From contig CBDCQF010000011.1 of assembly GCA_965220545.1 (NCBI GenBank), positions 287,098-351,097 of the forward strand: a stretch of DNA of 64,000 nucleotides, given 5' to 3'. Shown piece by piece: positions 45,546 through 52,990 of this stretch. The position numbers and the translations under genes are program-made. Under the pieces are notes generated by a model. It was not told the origin of the DNA, did not search any database, and was given only the letters and a program-made list of their open reading frames with translations. Numbering within the stretch: position 1 is the stretch's first letter; the number at the start of each line of letters is the position of its first letter. The stretch comes from Dehalococcoidia bacterium (GTDB taxonomy: Bacteria; Chloroflexota; Dehalococcoidia; Lucifugimonadales; QGNO01).

Positions 45546-46769
45546 TTGGCTGGTGCGCAGTTGCCAAAACGGTTAGCTTTTCTCTGTGTTCACGGATGTC
45601 CTTTGTCGCCGCCAGGAAGCAAAGACGCCGGGGGAATGAACGTCTACATACGCCGGGTATCCTCGGCTCTGACGGAACTGGGCTGCCGGGTTGACATCTT
45701 CACCAGGGAGCACTGCGCCGATTGCCATGGAGTTGTGCACCTCAACGAGCACGCCAGAGTCGTACATCTCCCGGCAGGCCCGGTAGACGCTCCCAAAGAG
45801 GATTTGTTCGACTACCTTCCTTCATTTGCCTGTGAACTGGAGAAGTTCAGAGAGTCGAACGGCTTCAGCTACGACCTGATACACAGCCATTACTGGCTTT
45901 CCGGCTGGATAGGAAACGATCTATCTCGGGAGTGGGGTGTACCTCACGTCACGACCTTCCACACTACGGCGGAGCTGAAGGGCATGACACCGGGCGGAGA
46001 CGCCGAGCCCAGCATGCGGAGCTGCGCCGAGCGCAAGATAGCAGCCTCGGCGGATAGGATAGTCGCATCGACACGGCACGAATACGACTCTCTGGTATCT
46101 CTGTATCAGGCGAACCAGGATAGGATCCGGGTGGTCCCGGCTGGCGTCGACCCGGACATGTTCAGACCGGGGGATCAGAGGCGGGCAAGGGACAGGCTGA
46201 GCTTGAACGGCGAGAGGGTAGTCCTGTACGTGGGACGCATGGACGCCATTAAGGGTCTGGACGTTCTCATACACTCAGTGGCATGGATGGAAACGCCGTG
46301 CAATCTGAAGGTTCTGGTGATAGGGGGCGGCAAGCAGGACAGAGAGTTCAACAAAGCTCAGGAACTGGTAAACGCCTTGGGAGTTGCGGACAAGATAGAC
46401 CTCTTGGGCACGGTGGAGCATGAGTCGCTGCCTCTCTACTACCAGGCTGCGGACGTGTGCGTGGTCCCGTCTTACTATGAGAGCTTTAGTCTGGTGGCGC
46501 TTGAATCGATGGCCTGCGGCACGCCGGTGGTGGCGTCGCGGGTTGGCGGCCTGCAGACGGTGGTGAAGGACAACCAGTCCGGCTACCTTGTACCATGGCA
46601 CTGTCCGGATGCATTCGCCGATAGGCTTGAGGTGCTGCTGAGCAATGACTCTCTGCGCAAGAGCCTGGGCAGAAAGGCCAGCGAACTGGCGAAGAGGCTC
46701 AGCTGGAAGGCCACTGCGGCATTGATTGCGGATGTGTACGCCGAGTTGGGCGTGACGCCTGCAGGCTAG
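45546..46769 (+). CDS. GT4 glycosyltransferase, MshA-like
   Basis: TTG start. The product has ..HGCPLSPPGSKDAGGMNVYIRRVSSALTELGCRVDIFTR.. (the GGMNVY motif recalled from MshA-type enzymes) and a C-terminal ..ESFSLVALESMACGTPVVASRVGGL.. Confidence 0.75.
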   Translation: MAGAQLPKRLAFLCVHGCPLSPPGSKDAGGMNVYIRRVSSALTELGCRVDIFTREHCADCHGVVHLNEHARVVHLPAGPVDAPKEDLFDYLPSFACELEKFRESNGFSYDLIHSHYWLSGWIGNDLSREWGVPHVTTFHTTAELKGMTPGGDAEPSMRSCAERKIAASADRIVASTRHEYDSLVSLYQANQDRIRVVPAGVDPDMFRPGDQRRARDRLSLNGERVVLYVGRMDAIKGLDVLIHSVAWMETPCNLKVLVIGGGKQDREFNKAQELVNALGVADKIDLLGTVEHESLPLYYQAADVCVVPSYYESFSLVALESMACGTPVVASRVGGLQTVVKDNQSGYLVPWHCPDAFADRLEVLLSNDSLRKSLGRKASELAKRLSWKATAALIADVYAELGVTPAG

Positions 46770-46801
46770 CGTATGCCGCGAGGGCCTGTAAGAGATGGTG
46801 A

Positions 46802-47760
46802 CTAGAACGGCCCTTCTTGAAGAGATGCGATCTCAGCTCGGTCCAGCTCGTAGAATTCGCAGAAGGCGTTGCAGAAGGACGTGTCTTCCCGCATAGGGAA
46901 GTCTTGCTTCTCCCGAGGGCGGTTTAGCGACTCATCGCTGAGGTACGTCTTCATGGCGGCTATACTGTCGCGGATGCTGTCTACACAGCCGTCCAACTCC
47001 TCTCCGGTAAACGAGTACTCCTCCGCAGGCAGCCCTAAGGCCAGTTGTTCCACTCGTGCCAGAATACTCTCCTCGGACACGCCGTGTCGCTCACGGACGT
47101 ACAGGGCATACACCAGAGCTTGATCGCGGTTGTCGGCTACGTTGCGCCCGGACTTCCAGTCGACGATGGTCCAGGTGTCGTCGCCCCTTCGATAGATGAG
47201 GTCAGGGACGGCGTGGATCTTCGTCCCATCGACCTCGAAGGTGATGAACTCTTCGTTGTTTCTGATTTCGACTCGAGGGGCCTCCACCGCCTCCCTGAAG
47301 CTGGTGGAGGCCAGCAGATTCTCAAAGCAGGTCTTCAACTGCTCTCTTGTTTCGGCATACTGATTCTCTCCGATGCCGGTGTCGTAGTAGACCTCTCGGA
47401 ACATTCGCCTCCACCTGGGAGACCGACGCCAGGCGGGTACATCTTTCGACTCGGCCCAAGCCTTGTTCAGACGGTTCCGCGACATGGAGAGCAGCTCATC
47501 AGCCGTTGGAACCTCGTCCCCGATGCGGGCCTTTTGGATGGCTATGGAGGCGCCCTCGTGCACTGCTGCGCCTATCTCCAGGGCGAGGCCGGTCAGGTTC
47601 TTGAGCCTGTAGGCCAGACGGACATCTTAGGGAGCGTCGTCGTACCATCCGTTGTGGGAGGCGTAATAGCGAAAGTAGTACCTGCGAGGGCACTCTCGGA
47701 AGACATCCCGGCGGCTGTGCGACCAGGAGAACTCTGGAAAGATACGATGTTCGTAAGGCA
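46802..47760 (-). pseudogene. PD-(D/E)XK (RecB/Cas4-like) nuclease gene with frameshift and in-frame TAA
   Basis: ATG (comp. 47758-47760) gives MPYEHRIFPEFSWSHSRRDV, then 1 nt is missing at about 47699-47700. The continuation reads RECPRRYYFRYYASHNGWYDDAP-TAA(comp. 47627-47629)-DVRLAYRLKNLTGLALEIGAAVHEG.. The core is ..PDLIYRRGDDTWTIVDWKSG.. with C-terminal Cys residues (CNAFCEF). Confidence 0.7.
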
Positions 47761-47911
47761 TGATTCAGCGACCTATAGCATTATAGCGCGCTCGTGGAGG
47801 AGAATGTTGCGGACCCGCAGCCGGTTTTTGTAAAGAGAGAAATTAGATGCGTTCTCAACCGGACAACCGTATGGTAACCTTCCTGTTCATTCTTGTTGAG
47901 AGAACGCCCCT

Positions 47912-48622
47912 ATGATTGAACGACCGGCTAGAGCCATGGTGGTGACCGCCCACCCAGACGATGAGATAGGCTGCGCAGGCACCGTTGCCCTCTGGACAGG
48001 GGAGGGTACCGAGGTTGCCTTTGTAGTCTGCACCAACGGCAACAAGGGCACAGAAGACCCGGAAATGACGCCTGATAGGCTGGCCAAGATCCGAGAGGAA
48101 GAGCAGAGGAACGCCTGCCGCGAACTAGGCGTAAGCGACGTTGTTTTCCTGGGATACCCGGACGGCGAACTGGAGGATACCAGGCAGCTGCGCATGGAGA
48201 TTGTGCGGGAGATCCGCCGTTTCAGGCCGGATGTGGTGTTCACGCATTCGCCATTGAACAGCATGAGGCACACCCACCGCGATCACCGCATGTGCGGCAC
48301 CGCCACGCTGGACGCAATCTTTCCGTACGCCCGCGACCCCCTCCATTTTGCCGAACTCACCCAGCAGGGATTTCAACCGCACAAAGTCGGCACGGCGCTT
48401 CTATGGAGCTCGTCCACTCCCAACGAATACGTGGACATAGGCCGGACCGTGGAGCAGAAGAGACGAGCAATGCTGCAGCACCGCAGCCAGTTTGTGGATA
48501 GACGCAGCCGCGACCCCAATACAGAGCCCGCTTGGTTTGTCGTGGAGGGAGCGAAAAGGCTGGGAGAGCAGGCGGGCCTGGAGTACGCAGAAGCGTTCCA
48601 CAAGCTCACCTTTCGCACTTAG
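47912..48622 (+). CDS. PIG-L/LmbE family deacetylase (MshB/BshB-like)
   Basis: ..AMVVTAHPDDEIGCAGT.. and ..HRDH.. motifs. Confidence 0.8.
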   Translation: MIERPARAMVVTAHPDDEIGCAGTVALWTGEGTEVAFVVCTNGNKGTEDPEMTPDRLAKIREEEQRNACRELGVSDVVFLGYPDGELEDTRQLRMEIVREIRRFRPDVVFTHSPLNSMRHTHRDHRMCGTATLDAIFPYARDPLHFAELTQQGFQPHKVGTALLWSSSTPNEYVDIGRTVEQKRRAMLQHRSQFVDRRSRDPNTEPAWFVVEGAKRLGEQAGLEYAEAFHKLTFRT

Positions 48623-49209
48623 GCAAGGTACAACGCCCTGGCTAATCGCAGGACCTGCAGCGGTACGACCTTGAAGATGTGCATAAGCCAGCCGGACAAT
48701 GCGGCAACGGCGGCCCCAATGGCTGCTCCGCCAATCACGTCCAGCGGGTAGAAAACACCGGCGTACAATCTGGATAGGCCGAATACCACGGCCGGCGCCA
48801 ATAGCGCCCACCCCACCTTTCTGTTCCAGAACCACACGCCCAAAGCCAGGGCGAAGCCGAAGGCGGCCGGGTTTGCCGGAAACGATGAATCGGTTGGCAT
48901 GTAGAACAGGAGGTTCACGTCCAGATCCTCGAAAGGACGGGGACGGTAGAAGAAGTCATTGAGCAGCTCGACGACTAAGTTCACCACGGCCACCGACAGT
49001 ATGGCCGTCATCACGCCAAGCTGGTTACGTTCCCTCTGGGCGTTGCTATGGCCGGCGAACCAGAGGCCCAAAAGCGCTAAGGACATGGTCAAGGGCACAA
49101 GATAGTCGCTGACGGTTAGCTCCACGACGCGGTCGAGCAGCGGGAACCGCCCTACCCAGCCGTTCAGCCAGACGAATGCCGATTCGTCCGCTCTTTCCAG
49201 GAATCCCAT
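48619..49209 (-). CDS. PAP2 family phosphatase (membrane)
   Basis: 196 aa multi-TM protein with ..FYRPRPF..SFP.. and ..SRLYAGVFYPLDVIGG.. (PAP2 motifs). Confidence 0.75.
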   Translation of the reverse strand: MGFLERADESAFVWLNGWVGRFPLLDRVVELTVSDYLVPLTMSLALLGLWFAGHSNAQRERNQLGVMTAILSVAVVNLVVELLNDFFYRPRPFEDLDVNLLFYMPTDSSFPANPAAFGFALALGVWFWNRKVGWALLAPAVVFGLSRLYAGVFYPLDVIGGAAIGAAVAALSGWLMHIFKVVPLQVLRLARALYLA

Positions 49210-49595
49210 GGTTGCCTCAACGCTTTAGTGATGAGTCGCCAGTAGCTGCTGTAGCGCAGCATGTCCAAGCCGTTTACGTCCTCGGTGCCCTTCATAGACC
49301 GGTTGCGCAATGAGGAGACGAGCAGTAGAAAGATGATTGCCAGGGCAGCGCCTACGGCGAAGAGCAAGGTCTGCCCGTTGCCGTCCAGGCCGCCCTCTGT
49401 GTCGGATATGTTCCTGTACTCCGATGCGAAGAACCAGGTCACGGCGGCGGCTATGAGCAACGCGCCCAGCGCCATGGAGACGCGCCTGGGAAATAGCATC
49501 AGGCCGTGGAAACGGTAGTAGGCGGTGACGAATAGCAATGCGCCCAGCGCTGAGAAGAAGACCAATACAAAGTAGTCGGGCGCGAATTCAGCCAT
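49164..49595 (-). CDS. hypothetical membrane protein
   Basis: 143 aa with three hydrophobic segments. It overlaps the PAP2 start by 46 nt. I recognise no family. Confidence 0.4.
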   Translation of the reverse strand: MAEFAPDYFVLVFFSALGALLFVTAYYRFHGLMLFPRRVSMALGALLIAAAVTWFFASEYRNISDTEGGLDGNGQTLLFAVGAALAIIFLLLVSSLRNRSMKGTEDVNGLDMLRYSSYWRLITKALRQPWDSWKERTNRHSSG

Positions 49596-49611
49596 TCTGC
49601 GGTTTGGCCAA

Positions 49612-50547
49612 TCAGGCCTCTACGAGTTTGGGTGTAGCCGGGGTACACCAGTGCAGGTACTTTGGATTCTTGCCGCGCACCACGTCAAAGTACATGTCCT
49701 GCAGCTGCCGGGTCGCCGGCCCCATGGTCCCATTGCCGACGTCTATGTTGTCGATTGAGCCGACTGCGGTGAGATGCGCCGCGGTGCCGGTGAGGAATAT
49801 TTCGTCGGCTAGATAGAGCTCGCTGCGGGTGATGCTGCGCTCCACGACTTCGATGCCCAGCTCGTTCTGGGCCAGCTCAACAACGGTGTTCCTGGTGATC
49901 CCGGGCAGGACGCTGTCCGATATGGACGGCGTGGACAGTTTGCCGTTCTTGAGCAGGAACAGGTTTTCGCCGCTGCCCTCGCTGACCTGCCCCCTGTCGT
50001 TGAGCAGGATGGCTTCGTCGAAACCGTTGGTTATCGCTTCCGTCCTGGCCAGGATGCTGTTCACGTAGAGTCCGCCTATCTTGATGCTGGGCGGAATCAC
50101 GCTGTCCTGGGTGCGTCGCCAGGATGAGGTGCAGCAGCGCGCCGCCGCTTCAAGGTCCAGGTAGGCCCCAAACGGGATGGCGAACACGGAGAAGCCGTCT
50201 TCCAGGTGGCCCAGGAAGAGGGTGGCCACCCGCTCCTCCGATTTGTAGGCTATCGGGCGGACGTAGATGTCCTGCCTGTATCCGCTGCGCTGCACCATAT
50301 CGGTGGTGATGTTGCAGAGCTCGCTGACGGAGTAAGGCAGGTTGATGCGCATGATCTTGCATCCGGCCAGCAACCGTTCGTAGTGCTCCTCCAAGCGGAA
50401 CAGGTAGAGCTTTTCGTCCTCCTCGTTCCAGTTGCCGCGAATACCTTCGAAGATAGAAGTGCCGTAGTGGAGGGCGTGGGTCATTATCCCTATCGAGGCC
50501 TGCTCCAGAGGCATGAACTCACCTTTGTGAAACGCGATTCCAGGCAT
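49612..50547 (-). CDS. ilvE: branched-chain amino acid aminotransferase
   Basis: ..HALHYGTSIFEGIRG.. , ..EAILLN..G.V.EGSGENLF.. , ..ILPGITR.. (class IV aminotransferase). Confidence 0.9.
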   Translation of the reverse strand: MPGIAFHKGEFMPLEQASIGIMTHALHYGTSIFEGIRGNWNEEDEKLYLFRLEEHYERLLAGCKIMRINLPYSVSELCNITTDMVQRSGYRQDIYVRPIAYKSEERVATLFLGHLEDGFSVFAIPFGAYLDLEAAARCCTSSWRRTQDSVIPPSIKIGGLYVNSILARTEAITNGFDEAILLNDRGQVSEGSGENLFLLKNGKLSTPSISDSVLPGITRNTVVELAQNELGIEVVERSITRSELYLADEIFLTGTAAHLTAVGSIDNIDVGNGTMGPATRQLQDMYFDVVRGKNPKYLHWCTPATPKLVEA

Positions 50548-50630
50548 GTGTTCTCCCCATCCAATCAGTCAGCAGTGGGGGCATTATAGCGGGCATGCGG
50601 GCAGACGGGCAAGCGGACAGGCAATACCCT

Positions 50631-50709
50631 GCTCATATGGTTCGACAAGCTCACCATGAGCGGTTTAACTTCGTCCGCTCATCCTGAGCTTGTCGAAGGA
50701 AATGAGCGG
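50631..50709. repeat. two adjacent family A palindromic units
   Basis: GCTCATATGGTTCGACAAGCTCACCATGAGCGG (50631-50663) and CCGCTCATCCTGAGCTTGTCGAAGGAAATGAGCGG (50675-50709). Confidence 0.75.
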
Positions 50710-50830
50710 GTGCTGCTCCCGAAACCCCTTCACGTATTGTACGATGTATCGTACAATGTAGCCGATGTACACGATCCTGTGAAGCTCTACCTTCGACCAG
50801 TGGCTACGCAGGCTGCGAGACCGCCGGGCG

Positions 50831-51064
50831 GTGGCACGTATCGTCGCTAGGTTGCTGGCAGCAGAGGATGGACACCTTGGGGACGTGAGGTCTATTGGGG
50901 GCGGCGTGTCCGAGATGCGTATCCAGTACGGACCCGGATACCGCATCTACTTCATCACGCGAGACGCTGAGTTGATCGTTCTGCTGTGTGGCGGCGACAA
51001 GGACAGCCAACGGCGAGACATCGAGCGGGCCAGGAGGATGGCGACGGACTGGAGGAGCCAATGA
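50831..51064 (+). CDS. RelE/ParE-superfamily 'addiction module killer' toxin (5' end apparently frameshifted)
   Basis: ..GDVRSIGGGVSEMRIQYGPGYRIYFITRDAELIVLLCGGDKDSQRRDIERA.. is the conserved core. The conserved N-terminus (..FDQWLRRLRDRRA) continues in frame upstream but has no start. GTG AAG CTC TAC at 50779 is in the +1-shifted frame. Confidence 0.65.
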   Translation: MARIVARLLAAEDGHLGDVRSIGGGVSEMRIQYGPGYRIYFITRDAELIVLLCGGDKDSQRRDIERARRMATDWRSQ

Positions 51065-51381
51065 CTGAGGCGTATCGAAAGTTTGACGCGGCGGACTACG
51101 TACGAACCGAGGAGGACGTGCGGGGGCTTCTCAGGGCTGCCGTGGATGAGGACACTGGGGATGGAGTTGTGATTCGTGCCGCATTGAGGCACGTGGCACA
51201 GACGCGGAACATGAGCGCTCTTGCCCGGGACACGGGGCTGAACCGGGGCAACCTCTACGAGGCGCTGTCAGAGGACGGCAACCCCACCCTGGCAACGCTG
51301 CTGAAGATCACCAACGCCCTGGGGTTGAGGCTGTCCCTTGAGCCCGTGGAGGACCGCCTCTCAAAACCCCGTTCGGTCTGA
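51061..51381 (+). CDS. addiction module antidote protein (HTH, HI1420-type)
   Basis: ATGA overlap with the toxin stop. The product reads MTEAYRKFDAADYVRTEEDVRGLL..ALRHVAQTRNMSALARDTGLNRGNLYEALSEDGNPTLATLLKITNALGLRL. Confidence 0.75.
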   Translation: MTEAYRKFDAADYVRTEEDVRGLLRAAVDEDTGDGVVIRAALRHVAQTRNMSALARDTGLNRGNLYEALSEDGNPTLATLLKITNALGLRLSLEPVEDRLSKPRSV

Positions 51382-51385
51382 GGGC

Positions 51386-51526
51386 GTGGTTCGACAAGCT
51401 CACCCTGAGCGAGTCGAAGGAAATGAGCGGGTGCTTCTGTACACATTGTAGTTTTGCGGGCAGAGGCTTTGGATTCTTCGCGGAGTTTATCCTGAGCGCA
51501 GCCGAAGGGCTCAAAATGACGAAAGG
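51386..51526. repeat. composite of family A and family B dispersed repeats
   Basis: GTGGTTCGACAAGCTCACCCTGAGCGAGTCGAAGGAAATGAGCGGG (51386-51431) is followed by GGATTCTTCGCGGAGTTTATCCTGAGCGCAGCCGAAGGGCTCAAAATGACGAAAGG (51471-51526). Confidence 0.7.
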
Positions 51527-52170
51527 GGTGTGCTGCGTTCGGAAGGGAGTTCTTGCACAATCATTTCAGTGGACGCACAGCCCGACAAGATGTTCTCCAG
51601 CACGTCGCGCTCGCGCTGATCGATGGTGAGACCGTACTTTTGGCGTACCTCCACTACGCGACTTGCGAACCAGCAGCGATTCAGGTTGGGAAACCATTCG
51701 GCTGCGTCCTTACCGCTCTTCTGCCCGCGATTGACTGCGGGACTAGCCAAGGTAAGATTGACAACGTCTGATGCAAACCTTCGCCTAGTTTCAGAATCCG
51801 CCGCGCAGAGGCCACTGTCGTGAGCCTCGGAGCGTGCAACGATATGCTCAATGTCAGTATCAGAGGTGCTATCAAACCTGCTGCCCGTGTACGGGCTGTA
51901 GATGATTCCGTCCATACTCGCAACAATTTGTTGCTCAACAGACTGCGAATAAGGGTAGTCGTCGGGGTCATAAGGAGAACAGCGATACTCTGGGGCCACC
52001 AAGAGTCCACGCCAGACATCTGCGTCAAGTGAGCTTGTTGGCGTGGGTGTAGGAGGCTGCTGATTGCCACACGCCGTCAGCATTACAACGGCTAGCAGGC
52101 TTGTCAGCGGAATACATACGATCCTTCGGGTACACCCTGTCACTACATTCCTCAACAACAACCTTATCAT
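51511..52170 (-). CDS. secreted lipoprotein with HNH/DUF1524-type nuclease domain
   Basis: The start is taken at MIRLLL.. The signal peptide has lipobox LTAC, followed by a Pro/Thr linker. The product has ..DTDIEHIVARSEAHDSGLC..VVNLTLASPAVNRGQKSGKDAAEW.. (His-Me finger pattern D.EH...N...N). Confidence 0.6.
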   Translation of the reverse strand: MIRLLLRNVVTGCTRRIVCIPLTSLLAVVMLTACGNQQPPTPTPTSSLDADVWRGLLVAPEYRCSPYDPDDYPYSQSVEQQIVASMDGIIYSPYTGSRFDSTSDTDIEHIVARSEAHDSGLCAADSETRRRFASDVVNLTLASPAVNRGQKSGKDAAEWFPNLNRCWFASRVVEVRQKYGLTIDQRERDVLENILSGCASTEMIVQELPSERSTPLSSF

Positions 52171-52240
52171 TGGGATGTCAACCTCTGTAAGACATGGTGG
52201 GAGACGGGCAAACGGCAGCCGGGCAGATGGGCAACTACAT

Positions 52241-52355
52241 CCAACTGTCATTCTGAACGGAGTGAAGAATCCAAAAGCTTATGCCCGCAAAGTCGCGCCG
52301 TCTTAAATAAACCACCTTGGATTCTTCTTCGCTCCACTCATCAGAATGACGCCAC
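52241..52355. repeat. family B dispersed repeat copies
   Basis: CTGTCATTCTGAACGGAGTGAAGAATCC (from 52241) and GGATTCTTCTTCGCTCCACTCATCAGAATGACG (52319-52351) form an inverted pair. Confidence 0.55.
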
Positions 52356-52453
52356 CCCGCCGCCAGATTGCTTGACCGCTTGGCGAGCTTCCCAATAGAC
52401 TTGCGCACATCCTGTAATCTCAGGAGGCACCCACGGGTAAAGCTGTACAACCG

Positions 52454-52990
52454 TTGCTTTGGGTGTTGATAGGGGCGGCCCTTTCCGGAGCCGTCTTCTT
52501 CCTCATCAACAGGCCTTCAGACAGCGGCGTAACCGTCATAGCGCCTTCTCCCACTCAAGCCGGTCCCGTCCAGGCCTACATCACGGGCGCGGTGGTCAGT
52601 CCGGGCGTCTATGCTCTGCAACCCGGGAGCAGGGTGAACGACCTTGTCCAGGCCGCGGGCGGCGCTTTGCCCGATGCCGATATGACGTCGGTCAACCTGG
52701 CCAAGCGCGTTTCCGATGAAGACCAGGTATACGTTCGCTCCGTCGACGAGGCTCCCCCCACCACCGTCGCCCAGGCTCCGACCACCGCTTCGGGGAGCGG
52801 TCTCATCGACATAAACCAGGCCTCGGCGGAGCAGCTAATGGCGCTGCCGGGCATAGGCGAGGTTAGGTCGAAGGCCATAGTGGACTACAGGACGGAGATA
52901 GGCCGCTTCCAGCGCATCGACCAGCTTCTGGACGTGCCTGGCATAGGAAGCGGCACGTTTAACGGTGTCAGAGAGCTGGTTACCGTTTGA
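52454..52990 (+). CDS. comEA: ComEA family DNA-binding competence protein (SLBB plus helix-hairpin-helix)
   Basis: N-terminal TM, then ..YITGAVVSPGVYAL..INQASAEQLMALPGIGEVRSKAIVDYR..F..IDQLLDVPGIG.. Confidence 0.8.
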   Translation: MLWVLIGAALSGAVFFLINRPSDSGVTVIAPSPTQAGPVQAYITGAVVSPGVYALQPGSRVNDLVQAAGGALPDADMTSVNLAKRVSDEDQVYVRSVDEAPPTTVAQAPTTASGSGLIDINQASAEQLMALPGIGEVRSKAIVDYRTEIGRFQRIDQLLDVPGIGSGTFNGVRELVTV

